Below, piece by piece: positions 29,517-47,565 of a stretch of 64,000 nt of DNA (position 1 is its first letter; the number at the start of each line of letters is the position of its first letter). The notes beneath the pieces were generated by a model. That model saw only the letters and a list, made by a program, of their open reading frames with translations, was not told the origin of the DNA and did not search any database. A program made the translations under genes and the position numbers. Source of the stretch: the human T2T-CHM13v2.0 reference genome, Homo sapiens; NCBI RefSeq assembly GCF_009914755.1, contig NC_060934.1. The stretch is one strand, 5' to 3'.

Positions 29517-29879
29517 TGTCTTACTTAGTCCATTCCGGCTGCTATAACAAATGACCGTGGACTCATGGCTTACACACAACAGAAATTTATTTCTTATGGT
29601 TCTGGTGGCTGGGAATCCCAGATCACAGCACTCAGATATGTGGTGTCTAGTGATGGGCTGCATCCTGTTTCATGGATGTTCATCTCTTTGCTTTGTCCTC
29701 ACATAGTGGAAGGGGTGAAGAGCTTCTCTGGGGTCCCTTTTATAAGGGTGCACATCCCATTTATGATGGCTCCACCCTCATGACCCAATGACCTCCAAAG
29801 ACCCCACGTCCAAATAGCATCACATTGGGGGTTAGGTTCTAACATAGGAGTTTTGGGGGGACACATTCAGTCTATTGCA
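29517..29879 (-). mobile_element. MaLR solo LTR, MLT1A-like
   Basis: ttagtccattccggctgctataacaaa...acaacagaaatttatttct...cattcagtctattgca. Confidence 0.8.
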
Positions 29880-29970
29880 AGAGTCAAACAGATTTGGGAC
29901 TGTCACAAAGAAAACATCCTATTTGCTGCTATTATTGGCATTTCATTTTCTGGGTTAAAAAAACTCAAAG

Positions 29971-30265
29971 TTTTTTTTTTTTTTGAGACAGAGTCTTGCT
30001 CTGTCACCCAGGCTGGAGTGTAGTGGCGTGATCTCAGCTTACCGCAACCTCTGGCTCCCGGGTTCAGGCGATTCTCCTGCCTCAGCCTCCTGAGTAGCTG
30101 GAACTATAGGCGCGTGGCACCACACCTGGCTAATTTTTTGTATTTTTAGTAGAGACAAGATTTCACCATGTTAGCCAGGATGGTCTCAATCTGCTGACCT
30201 CATGATCTGCCCACCTCGGCCTCCCAAAGTGCTGGGATTAGAGGTGTGAGCCACCACACCTAGCC
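29971..30265 (-). mobile_element. AluS (Sc-like)
   Basis: Dimeric; TSD aaaa(c/t)tcaaagtttt. Confidence 0.95.
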
Positions 30266-33122
30266 AAAATTCAAAGTTTTTGCTAGGAAAAAAAGAATAA
30301 AAATGGGACAGAAATATACCCAAGAGATGAGAAAAAGACCAGAAAGCATGACCTTAGGGCTAACTTACAGTCATCAAAGAACTGATTTCTATTCTTCTTG
30401 TACGAAAGTGACCCAAGACATTTTTTACTGAAGGTAACAAAATTGCATGAGTAGGAAGTGTGCTGACTTCTAGGTAATGTCTATTCTCTAGCTAGTTTGC
30501 ACATTGTAAAATTTGACCTGGGCTGCTTGATGAAGTGTGGCTCTTGGGAAAGAGAGGTTCACTGGTTCTACCCTCAAGAAGATATTTGTCATCTAGAGCA
30601 AGAACTAGAGGAAAGTATGTCACCTTAGAGAGCTTGAGACTAGGTTTGACTTCTATTTCACCCAATCAACTACAAAACATCAGTATTAGGTGGCTCAGAA
30701 CTTATCATGATTGGAAAGCTTGAAAAGTTTTTTCCTTTTGGAAACGGATGGGTTTGAAAGTCAGGATGTCAGCATTGGCTAGAGTTGAGCTCAGGGTTTC
30801 TAGAATGCTGCATCTTAGCTTTCATCAGCCTGGCTTGAGTCAGGGCCATTGGGCCTTAGGAATGTATTGCTGGGGTGCTACTTGGATCCTGTCAAAAGAT
30901 GTTAGAAGGAGTGAGTGTCAGATCCCGGGATAAGTCATTTAGGATAGTGACCTTCTCAGAAGGGCCAATAGGAAGTAGAAAGTGGAAAGGAGAGTCATGT
31001 CAAGGATGCTTTGAACAAAGGAATGAGAGAACGCGTAGATCGTAAGGCTGTACAGCAACTTCCACTTTGTCCTGGCTTTGCTGTTCTTGTGGATATACGT
31101 GGCATAAATCAAGCAGCTAACTTACTTTCAGTGATTCTCCGAAGGTACCTAGTGGTGAAACTCTCAAGCCTTATACTCAGCAGTTCATTTCCTACCAGCC
31201 TAATTACAAGTGTTTTATTATAAAGTTTATGGAAATGAGATATAAGTCACTCTGGAGTTTTTGAGAATAGTTATACTGGTAGTTACCATCTAATGTGGTC
31301 TTTGGAAGGTTCTACATCAAAGCCCAGGGTATCCTGGGGTTGTTCTAGCTCTCTGCAAGACAAAGCTTGGAGACTTGTATTTTAAGTAGCTTTTCATTTT
31401 TACTGAGCCACAAGGGCAGTAGCTCACAGGGACTTTATTGAATATTTACATCTAGCTTCTTCTAAACAGCATTGAAAATGGGAGTAAGATGCCATAAAAG
31501 GGGTCACCTTGAGGCCTGCTCTGATTTTTGAGAACACGGAATTGGTGATCTACGGAGGTGAGAAAGCGGACACCAAAACAAACAAGACTCCAGGCTCCTT
31601 CCTCATGCCTTGGTTGTGTCTATTGTGGAGCCGCTGGCATCTTTTATTTCGGGGACAAAGGACAGCTCTGTTTAATCCTCCTGTTCCATTGCCAAACTCC
31701 AAAGGGGATAATTACATTCTGACTTCTAAAATTCCCTTTGCAATTTTATGTGGATGAAGTACTTGTAACAGCCTGGGATGCCCTGCGTGCTGGAAGACAG
31801 CTGCCCTGTTTCATTTCCAGGGGGGAGTACTTCGGGCAGAGCTAGTGTTGGTACTGCACAGTTTGTCTCGGTCCCAGCATAGAAACCGGACTAGCGTCTC
31901 TTGCTGTAAAACGCATTGAACAGGGCATCAAACACCACCTCACGGGAGAATTAAGTTGACTGTCCTCTGTACATAGCTGGTCTAACTGGAGTGTCTAAAA
32001 CATCCAGTCATTTAGCTAATCCTGTTTTTTTTTTTCCAAAAAGAACTAATTTAGAGCACTTTTTTGATAGGTAAATATAGTACAAAATAATGGTTTTGTG
32101 TTCAGGTGAAACATTGAGTTCAGACAAAATGTCTTGACCCCACTAAAATTATTAAAACTAATTGGAATTCTACGTGCCAGTCCCAAAATAAGACAGTTTG
32201 ATTCCCTGACATATAATTATTCTTTTCTAAATAGCACTGATAGCAACATCATTGTAAACGGGATAAAAAATTCTTATGTTTGTTTAAATTCCTGGAACTG
32301 ATCTTTATAATATAAGGAAAATGAACCAAGCTTCCTAAAATGAAATCCAGGTGAAAATGTAATTGTTATATTACTCTTCTGAATTTTTGGAAACATAGAT
32401 ACAAAAATTATTGTTTCAGTTCCCCAAGGGAACTAGTAAAACCTGGACAAGCTGTTGGTTTTTATATTGGTACTGCAAGCTGTTCCCAACCTTAATTGTA
32501 GTAGAAAATGAAACTATCGCCATGGAGTGGTGTGTTTAAAACCCACCAAGAGGTTTCAGCAGGAGAGCGGAACCGAAAAAGGAGGGAATCATTAACCACA
32601 GAAGTGACTGAAGTGGTTTAATAATTATGTTATTTCAAGAGGAAAAAGGATGTGCCTAAAGTAGAAGGGGAAGGGAAGGATTGATAAATAGAACTTATTT
32701 CTATCCTAGGTAGTCAGCTGGTAGAGCTACTAGTGGGAATGGCCTATTAACTAATTGATCTGCTAGACTCAATAGAGAACTCCAGCTGGAGATCAAAGAA
32801 AATTCTCTGCTACAAAGGCAAACAGCAACCTTGGACCAGATGTTTTTCTTCCAGCTCTGTCATGCTTGATAACTGTAGGGCATGGCTGAATCTGGCCATA
32901 GGCCTCATCCATCCAACCGTTGAGATGAAAAGCAAGGGCTATGTGTGTACACGCGTGTGCACCTATATATATAAACACATGCACACATGTACACACACAT
33001 GCTTGAAAAAGAGAGACAAGCAGCTTCAAAGTCAAAAGGATTTGGAGTACAAGCTAACTTTGGGAACTGAGAAATTTTTTTATGTCTACTTATTTGCAAA
33101 GCGAAGAGCACCAAATGCCAAC

Positions 33123-33740
33123 TTTTATTTTATTTTTTATTTTATTTATTTATTTTTGAGATGGAGTCTCGCTCTGTCGCCCAGGCTGCAGTGCAGTGGT
33201 GCGATCTCGGCTCACTGAAAACTCTACCTCCCGGGTTCAAGCGATTCTCCTGCCTGCCTCAGCCTCCTGAGAAGCTGGGACTACAGGCGCCCGCCACCAC
33301 GCCTGGCTAATTTTTTTGTATTTTTAGTAGGGACGGAGTTTCACCGTGTGTTAGCCAGGATGGTCTCAATCTCCTGACCTCATGATCCGCCCACCTCAGC
33401 CTCCCAGAGTGCTGGGATTACAGGTGTAAGCCACCATGCCCAGCCTTATTTTTATTTTCTTAAAGACAGAGTCTCGCTCTCTCAGGCTGGAGTGCAGTGG
33501 TAAGACCATAGTTCACTGTAGTATTCAACTCCTGGGCTCAAGTGATCCTCTTGCCTCAGCCTCTTGAGTAGCTGGAACTACAGGCACATACCATGGCACC
33601 TGGCTAATTTAAAAAATTTTGTAGATATGGAGGTCTTGCTATGTTGCCCAGGCTGGTGTTGAACTCCTGGCCTCAAGCAATCCTCCTGCCTCTGCCTTCC
33701 AAAGCACTGGGATGACAGGTGTAAGCTGCCATGCCCAGCC
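33123..33740 (-). mobile_element. Tandem Alus: Y/Sc-like (33123-33445) inserted in the tail of an AluJ (33446-33740)
   Basis: Two head-to-tail dimeric bodies; outer TSD ccaaatgccaactttt/ccaaatgtcagctttt. Confidence 0.92.
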
Positions 33741-33902
33741 CAAATGTCAGCTTTTAAAAAGATTCCTATACCATAATCATTCTACAATTGCCATTTATAA
33801 TAATGTATACTCATGCATTCTAATACACATCTGTTATGATAAAATGAATTGGATATTTTGAGTAAAGAATGACTTTATAGAAATTCAACTGATTAGTGTT
33901 AG

Positions 33903-34224
<322 letters not shown>

Positions 34225-34432
34225 TAAATGTTTATAATAATAGTGAGAGTTGAAAATCTAAACATGATGTTTCTTTTAGTCATTACCCTAGATTGTTTGT
34301 TTACATGTGTTACCCACCTTTGTCTTTTCCAATTTTAACTATGTGTTCCCGTTCTGGTTTTTTTTTTTTCTTTTTTACATCTGGACAAAGTATTATTTAT
34401 GACGAGGCAAAATATTTGATTTAGAAGTTTCT

Positions 34433-36029
34433 GCTCTCCCTCTCCCTCTCCCTCGTCTCCTCTTTCCACGGTCTCCCTGTCCCTCGTCTCCCCTTTCCAC
34501 GGTCTCTTCCTCGTCTCCCCTTTCCACGGTCTCCCTCTGATGCTGAGCAGAGGCCGGACTGTACTGCCGCCATCTCGGCTCACTGCAACCTCCCTGCCTG
34601 ATTCTCCTGCCTCAGCCTCCCGAGTGCCTGGGATTGCAGGCGCGCGCCGCCACGCCTGACTGGTTTTCGTATTTTTTGGCAGAGACGGGTTTCGCCGTGT
34701 TGGCCGAGCTGGTCTCCAGCTCCCGACCGCGAGTGATCTGCCCGCTTCGGCCTCCCGAGGTGCCGGGAGTGCAGACGGAGTCTCGCTCACTCAGTGCTCA
34801 GTCTTGCCGGGGCTGGAGTGCAGTGGCGTGATCTCGGCTCGCTACAACCTCCACCTCCCAGCTGCCTGCCTTGGCCTCCCAAAGTGCTGAGATTGCAGCC
34901 TCTGCCCAGCCGCCACCCCGTCTGGGAAGTGAGGAGCGTCTCTGCCTGGCCGTCCATCGTCTGAGATGTGAGGAGCCCCTCTGCCTGGCAGCCCAGTCGG
35001 GGAAGTGAGGAGCACCTCTTCCCGGCCGCCATCCCATCTAGGAAGTGAGGAGCGTCTCTGCCCTGCCGCCCATCGTCTGAGATGTGGGGAGCGCCGCTGC
35101 CCCGCCGCCCCGCCGCCCCGTCTGGGATATGAGGAGCACCTCTGTCTGGCCGCGACCCCGTCTGGGAACTGAGGAGTGTCTCTGCCCGACCGCCACCCCG
35201 TCTGGGAGGTGAGGAGCGTCTCTGCCCGACCACCCCGTCTGAGAAGTGAGGAGCCCCTCCGCCCGGCAGCTGCCCCGTCTGGGAAGTGAGGAGCCCCTCT
35301 GCCCTGCAGCCGCCCAGTCTGGGAAGTGAGGAGCGTCTCCGCCCGGCAGCCGCCCCGTCTGGGAGGGAGGTGGGGGGCAGCCCCCGCCCGGCCAGCTGCC
35401 CCATCTGGGAGGTGAGGGGCGCCTCTGCCCGGCTGCCCCGCCTGGGAAGTGAGGAGCCCCTCTGCCCGGCTGCCACCCCGTCTGGGAGGTGTACCCAACA
35501 GCTCATTGAGAACGGGCCATGATGACGATGGCAGTTTTGTCGAATAGAAAAGGGGGAAATGTGGGGAAAAGAGAGATCAGATTGTTACTGTGTCTGTGTG
35601 GAAAGAAGTAGACATGGGAGACTCCATTTTGTTCTGTACTAAGAAAATTCTTCTGCCTTGGGATGCTGTTAATCTATAACCTTACCCCCAACCCCGTGCT
35701 CTCTGAAACATGTGCTGTGTCCACTCAGGGTTAAATGGATTAAGGGCGGTGCAAGATGTGCTTTGTTAAACAGATGCTTGAAGGCAGCATGCTCGTCAAG
35801 AGTCATCACCACTCCCTAATCTCAAGTACTCAGGGACGCAAACACTGCGGAAGGCCGCAGGGTCCTCTGCCTAGGAAAACCAGAGACCCTTGTTCACATG
35901 TTTATCTGCTGACCTTCCCTCCACTATTGTCCTATGACCCTGCCAAATCCCCCTCTCCGAGAAACACCCAGGAATGATCAATAAATACTATATAAAAAAA
36001 ATAAATAAATAAAAATTAAAATTAAAAAA
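34433..36029 (+). mobile_element. Full-length SVA retrotransposon, SVA_B-like
   Basis: CCCTCT hexamers, antisense Alu-like domain (about 34540-34900), GC-rich VNTR (about 34900-35490), SINE-R, aataaa and A-tail; TSD aagtttct at 34425-34432 and 36030-36037. ctccattttgttctg and tgttaatctataacc suggest the older B type. Confidence 0.95.
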
Positions 36030-36477
36030 AAGTTTCTTTGAAATACACATAGATTTATCAATACTTCCTTTCTATAAACTTTCAAAGGTTCCTGCAGTCA
36101 TAGACATTTTGAAAAATGAGATGTATAGAATTACCTTGATGTGGTTAGTTTGGTTTGGTCTATCGCCTTTCTTAAAATACCACATTGCTTTCTCAGCTGG
36201 CCACCAAATATCACCAGAAAGTTATTAGTTCATCTGATTGGTAGACGTATTAGGGTTCAGAGATGTTCAGATTCAACCTTAATTGACCTCATGCAATTAA
36301 ATTCCCCATAAAAGGAAAATGTCCACAAAATATTTGAATGTTTGTACTTTCATGATACCTGAAATTCTCAAATGGTAATTTTTTTTAAGCTAGGCTTTTG
36401 TTTCTACTACAATTTGGCTTCTAACATTTCCCATTATGTTCATGTGTGTCTGTGTGTATATACTTAAAGAAGTGCTA

Positions 36478-37163
<686 letters not shown>

Positions 37164-38096
37164 AGTAAGTATTTACTAGGTGATGTATTTATTAGATATG
37201 TATTTATCTGATAATTTTCTGAAGATATAATTTGATAGGGTGGGAGGAGGAAAAGGTAAATATGACTTCTAAAACAAAAAATTCTATATGCTGAAATCTT
37301 TGCTGAGTATCTTCTTGTTCAAGAAGAGAGAGTGAGCATACTTATCAACCTTCATGCTTTCTCAAGGTCCCACTGAAATGACTGAAACTATTACCCATCT
37401 GTTGTCTGTCTGTCTATTAATCTATCCAATGAAACCACAGTGCTGGACATCAATAAAGGAATCACAGAGCGTGAAATACATGCTGGTAGAAAGAAAGCAG
37501 ATGGACAAATATGAAAAGCAAACAAAAGTAAAAACAGAGGAGGAGATTCTAGAGATAAGAGAGGGCTGGAGAAGCTCCAAGCTCAGAGTCATCCAACACA
37601 AAGGACAGGGATGGGTCAGAGGGCACCCATCAGAGTGTTTATTTAAAGTTCTGAATTCAGGACTTTGGAACCCCCTTCTTCAACTAGAGCTTTTCCTTCT
37701 CCTCTCTTTCTTCTCTAGTCCACCGTGCAATTTCAAAGCAAACATGGGCAAATTATGGCAAGTGGATAAAACCAAATCATCTCTAAAGAACCCTAACCCT
37801 TTAGAGTAAGGGGATATAGGTGCTGGGCCTAAAGAAAAAAGCTGGAGGTAACCCTGGGCCTGAGGAACAAAGGCTAAGTAAGACAGCTTTGCTCAGGTGT
37901 GAACTACACCAAAGTTCTTTATTCCCTAACAATCTTGGGGATCTCTAGGTTGCCTGGTCTATACAATAGGGAAGGCTGCCTGACAGCACTCCCACTCACT
38001 TACCCAGTGTATGCACAGAACTCCCTCACTTAAGAAAGAGTCCCGAGAAACCCATGCTATCTGTGCTAATCAGCTTTGTCCTTGAGCCATAGGTAT

Positions 38097-38480
38097 TGAC
38101 ATGGTTTGGCTCTGTTTGGCTCTCCCAAATCTCATGTTGAATTGTAATCCCTGGGGATTATAGGGGAGGGACCTGGTGGGAGGTGACTGGATCATGGAGG
38201 CAGATTTCCCCCTTGCTGTTCTTGTGATAGTTAATGAGTTCTCATGAGATCTGGTGGTTTTAAAAGTGTGTGGCACTTTCCCCTTCACGCTGTCTCTCTT
38301 CTGCTGTGTGTGAAGAAGGTGCTGGCTTCCCCTTTGCCGTCTGCCACGACTGTAAGTTTCCTGAGGCCTCCCAGTCATGCTTCCTGTACAGACCGCAGAA
38401 CTGTGAGTCAAACCTCTTTTCTTCATAAATTACCCAGTCTCAGGTAGCTCTTTATAGCAGTGTGAGAATGGACTGATACA
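38097..38480 (+). mobile_element. MSTA-like MaLR solo LTR
   Basis: tgacatggtttggctctg...ggactgataca; TSD ggtat/gatat. Confidence 0.85.
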
Positions 38481-38741
38481 GATATAACACTAGATATTTG
38501 ATTATGCCAATTTCAGAAAAGGGAAGGATTAATATGAACAAACAGAACAACAGATTCTGAAGAAAATAGATATAACTCAGGGAACTAAAAATAACTAAAA
38601 AAAAAAAAACCCCTTTTTTTAGTGTTCTCGGAACAATTTAGGATGATATGGATGACATTACATTCCTAAAATAAGAACAAGTTGTTGTGACCCAAGAACA
38701 GTCAGAGAACAAGAAGAGCTCCTGATAATTAAAACATGAAC

Positions 38742-39391
38742 TTTTTCTTTGAGACAGGGTCTCGCTTTGTCACCCAGGCTGGAGTGCAGTAGCATGATCA
38801 CGGCTTACTGCACCCTTGACCTCCCAGCCACCAGGCCTGGCTAATTTTTTTATTTCTATTTTTTATAGAGATGGTGTATTAGTTGTTATTTCACTGTTAT
38901 AAAGAAATACTGAAGACTGGGTAGTTTATAAAGAAAAGAGGTTTAACTGGTTCACAGCTGCACAGGCTCTGTAGCAAGCATGGCTGGGGAGGCCTCAGGA
39001 AACTTATGATCATGACAGAAGGCGAAGGGAAGCAAGCACATCTTACAAGGCTGGAGCAGGAGGAAGAGAGAGAGGCAGGTGCTGCACACTTTTAAACAAC
39101 CAGATCCCAGGATAACTCACTCACTGTCATGAGAAGAGCACAGAGGGGATGGTGCTATAGCATTCATGAGAACCCTACTCCCATGATCCAAACACCTCCC
39201 ACGAGGTCCCACCTCCAACACTGGGGATTACAATTTGACATGAGATTTGGGTGGCAACACAGAGCCAAACCATTTAAGATGGGGTCTTGCTATGTTGCCC
39301 AGGCTGGTCTCAAACTCCTGGCCTCAAGCAATCCACCTGCCTCAGCCTCCCGAAGTGTTGTAATTACAGGCATCAGACACTGTGCCCAGCC
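38742..39391 (-). mobile_element. AluJ (internally deleted) split by an MST LTR
   Basis: Right arm 38742-38874; left arm resumes at 39278. Confidence 0.85.
38875..39277 (-). mobile_element. MSTA-like MaLR solo LTR
   Basis: tgtattagt...gagccaaaccatttaa; perfect 5-bp TSD gatgg. Confidence 0.85.
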
Positions 39392-39399
39392 TCTGAAGA

Positions 39400-39775
39400 C
39401 CTTTTTAAACTACAGATTGCCGGGCCCCAATTTCAAGGATTCTGATTCAGTAAATCTGGGGTGGGACTGGGGATTTTGCATTTTTAACAAGTCCCCAGGT
39501 GGTGCCAATGCTGCTGGTCTAGGGACCACACTTTGAGTAGCAAGAGGTAAACAAAGCTGATTTGAATTTTGGCTTTACCCACTACAGGCTGTATGAGCTT
39601 GGGCAAGTTACTCAATTTTTATGCCCTGTGGTTTGTTCAACCTATGACATGAGAGTTATTGTAGTTCCTGTCTTTTTCAATTATTGTGAAGATTAGACGA
39701 GATAAGGTATGCAATTAATACACTTAATACAGTGTCTAGCACATACCAAGAAGTCAATGAGTGTTTGCTGTAATT
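39400..39775. mobile_element. MER5A fragment (39400-39545) followed by MIR (39555-39775)
   Basis: ttttaacaagtccccaggtggtgccaatgctgctggtctagggaccacactttgag; ttgggcaagttactcaa...gtctagcacata. Confidence 0.75.
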
Positions 39776-39956
39776 ATGATGAAACCATACTTTTCTAATG
39801 GCTGATCAGGTCTGAGAGGCCGGGATAGAATGTCAGCTGCGGGAAAATAAGATTCTAATCATTTCTTCTAGATCTCATTCTTGCATGAAAATCTCCTTTA
39901 ATACTGGACCAGCAGAGAAAAATAACTAGCTAGCTAGCTTTAAATCATGTTTCTCA

Positions 39957-41754
<1,798 letters not shown>

Positions 41755-42816
41755 GTGAGAACATGATGATGGATCCATCTACTTCCTTGTGACTGGGTGC
41801 ACAATGAAGAAAACTGTTTCCTGTACCATGGGATGGAGGGGCTCCTGCCCATCTGAAAGCTGAAATTTGGAGTTGAGTTCAAGCATGTTCACCCCGAAAA
41901 GCACTGGTGGTTGTATATTTGATGAAAAGTGAGACCCTGCCACACCCAATCTCTGCCTGAAACAGAATCATAATGACATCAGATGATAATACTGGAGTGA
42001 CTAATGATTGTGACCTCATTAAAAGAAAAAGGAGACTACTTCCTGCTGATTAGAGGGATGGTAGCCATGGATTAGTCATGGCAAAGACAGGCATGGTTGG
42101 ATCTGTCACTCATTTATCTCTTTCTGGTTTTTAAATTGCCAGAAGAGAAGATTTATGAAAAATGTCTGTGACTTCTCGTTCTCCCTTGGAGATAATCTGG
42201 TTTTCAGCCTGCCTCCCCAGCACCCCACTCCTAGTTAATTGCCTTAACAGCCAGACAGGATTACTGGAGACCTTGTTTCTTGGAGTGGTCTTCATAAAAT
42301 AATACTGTAAAGTTTGGGTTCATTTTGTCTTCTCTGTGCTGTGCAAATTAACTTTGATTTTAGACATTTTTGTAGATGGAGGACTGGGGTGATTAGAATA
42401 AAAACCACAAAAGCACTTCAGTGTCAACTTCTTAATTGTACGTAATTTTCACAAGCAATGACTGCAGGTGAGCCCCACCTGTTTCTAGCTAGGTCTGCAT
42501 GGTTCCTCCCTGAGCCTGAGATTGGCCATCTTCCCTCATGTCCAACCAAAGTGATTGCCTGTCCTTTGAAACATTTGCTCTTAGTTATTCTCACTGACAT
42601 CTCCACCAACAGAATGGATAACCAGGGATGTCGATATTTCATGAGTTTATCAAAAAGCGTCACTCATTTAAATCGTTCATGTTTCATTTAAATTAAGATC
42701 CTCAGAGAGAGAGACCTAATACCTTAGTAAAGTTTTACCAATAGGCGTATTAGAGAAAACTCATCCATAGCTCCTCCTGAAAGGCAGTCTGGTATGGCTT
42801 AGGAATCATTTGAGCA

Positions 42817-42982
42817 TATATATACATACACACACACACACACACACACACATATACGATTGAAGTAAAAAGAAGACAAACATATGTATGTATATATACA
42901 CATATACATAGTGTATATATGCATATATACGTATAAGTATATATATGTATGTGTGTATATATATACACATACATACACACAC

Positions 42983-42983
<1 letters not shown>
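42817..42983. repeat. (CA)n/(TA)n/(TG)n purine-pyrimidine microsatellite block
   Basis: Seen directly. Confidence 0.85.
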
Positions 42984-44030
<1,047 letters not shown>

Positions 44031-44218
44031 GGAAACTCTGTATCTGTATACGATATCATTTCTATTCTTAAATAAGTATATTACCTTCAATGAATCACTT
44101 GACCTCCCGAAACTTTAGTTTTGTAATCATCATGCAAGAAGTGAATTAGTTGACTTATTTTTTTAGACTTCAAAGTCACCTCTATAAGTATCAAACCCAG
44201 AAATGCTTTCTAAAAAGC

Positions 44219-44471
44219 ATCCAGCATGGGAGAAAGATGTAGGCCAGAAGACTAAATCAGTCTAGTCTTTCCACGTTCTTCTGTCTGCTTTTATTCTGGC
44301 TGAGCTGGCAGCTGATTACATGGTGCCCACCCAGATTGAGGGTGGGTCTGCCTCTCCCAGTCCATTGACTCAAACGTTAATCTCCTTTGACAACACTCTC
44401 ACAGACACACCCAGGAACAATACTTTGCATCCTTCAATCCAATCAAGTTGACACTCAGTATTAACCATCAC
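44219..44471 (-). mobile_element. MLT2A-like ERVL LTR, partial
   Basis: ...cacccaggaacaatactttgcatccttcaatccaatcaagttgacactcagtattaaccatcaca end. Confidence 0.85.
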
Positions 44472-44783
44472 AGGGAAACATCCATTTCTTAGTCTTTTCT
44501 TGCTTCTAAAGGCTGCCTCCTCATAGTTCCTTCCTCTGTCTTCAAAGCCAGCAGCAAAGATTTGTTCTCTGACTTCTGCTTCCATCATCATATCTCATTC
44601 TCCACCTTCCTTTTTAAGGACCCTTGTGATTACATTGGGCCACTAGATAATCCGGGATAACCTCTCCTTCTCATGATCCTTCACTCAATCACAACTGCAA
44701 AGTCCCTCTTCCCATGTAAGATTTATAGGATCCAGGAATTAGGATGTGAACACCTTTAGGGGGCCACCCTTCAGTGTATCACT
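44472..44783 (-). mobile_element. MLT1C/D-like MaLR LTR fragment
   Basis: cttcaaagccagca, aaggacccttgtgattacattgggc, ctgcaaagtccct. Confidence 0.7.
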
Positions 44784-44817
44784 CTAGAATATAGTTTTAG
44801 GCAAACACAGCAAGGTA

Positions 44818-44929
44818 TGAGGTTGGTGCAAAAGTAATTGCGGTTTTGCCATTACTTTCAATGGAGAAAACCACAATTTTGCCATTACTTTCAATGGCGA
44901 AAATCGCAATTACTTTTACACTAGCATAA
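44818..44929. mobile_element. MADE1 mariner MITE with a 33-bp internal tandem duplication
   Basis: aggttggtgcaaaagtaattgcgg TIR and its degenerate inverse; TA flanks. Confidence 0.9.
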
Positions 44930-45061
44930 TACATTACAGCATGAATAGAATGCTACCATTCGTGTAAAAAAGGCAGGGGGGAGGATAGATATCTAATATA
45001 TGTTCTTATATGCATAAAATATCTCTGGAAAGAGACACAGGAACTCGGTAACAGTGATTTT

Positions 45062-45754
<693 letters not shown>

Positions 45755-46892
45755 TTTTTCCTTTTAAAATAGAATAAATATCTACCATAAAAAAAGCTAA
45801 GCCATGCTACCAGCTTCCTTCTTACCAAACCTTCACAAGAGTTTTGTTTGGCAGACTCTTGCCTATGGTGTGAAAAAGAGAGAATGCAAATGACAGGAGA
45901 GAAACCAGGTTTAATGCTCATCCCCAGATTAGCTTTTCAGCACCAGGCCAGTTGAACATTGGCTTGCCCTTCACAGCTAGGCCTCTGTAGGAGATTCTGC
46001 TAACTTATCCCTGCTCCCTAGCTTAGGCTCTCAAAAAAAGCTCTTGGCAAAGACTCACCGGAAATCAAAGACAACTATCTCCTGAGCTCTGAGACAGTAC
46101 TGCTTCTTGAAATTCTTTGAGGAGATATAGGCAAGAAATTTTCTGCTAGCATTCCATCTTAAACTCTGCTTCTCATAGAATAATATAGCTTCAGGGCTTA
46201 AAAATCACTGGGTTAAAATTTGTCCTAAAGATGAGCAAACTGAGACCTAAAGAGATTGATATAGATGATTGTTACAGATTGATATGGATGATTGTTACAG
46301 ATGCACAGATGATACAGAGACTTAGAGACTGATACAGATGATTAATACAGAAGTCACCTTTGGCAACAAATGCAATATATGTTTACTTATTATTAAATAA
46401 TTATTTCTTTGTAGTTTGGTAATGATTGCTTTATTTATTGTTGCACGTTGACAATGTTTCAGGCCACATGCTGGGCTACAGGGAGGATAAGATGCTGCAG
46501 CCTGCTCCTAGGAAGTTTCCAGTTGAGCTGGCATTTGCAGACCAAGTGACACTTGCCATTGAGACGGGTGGATGCAGTGTCCTGGCTCGAGAGGCCAGAC
46601 TCTTAAGTAAATAAATGACAAGACTCACGCAGTATGCAGTCTGTGAGCTGAAGCTTGACTAAAGAGTTCACGTTTGTGAGGAGCCTGGCATTCCAGGATA
46701 AAGGAAGAGGACAGCAGGAGAAATGAGAATGCCTGGCATATTTTGGGAGCCATGTATGGTTCCATAGCTGTGGAGGGTAAAGTTCCAGCAGGAAGGATGA
46801 GGACAGGAAGCTGAGAGGCAGGCGGTTCAGATCACAAAAGGTCTCATATATCTTCTTATATTTAGATTTTGTTTTTGTTCCCTACCCAAATC

Positions 46893-47565
<673 letters not shown>

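Noticed and set aside
34335-35977. 151-239 aa ORFs and a CRISPR-like repeat appearance
   Set aside because: SVA VNTR: tandem GC-rich units with no unique spacers and no cas genes.
46253-46350. 22-bp tandem repeat (gattgatat(a/g)gatgattgttaca) with decayed acagatg units
   Set aside because: Small degenerate minisatellite with no further structure.
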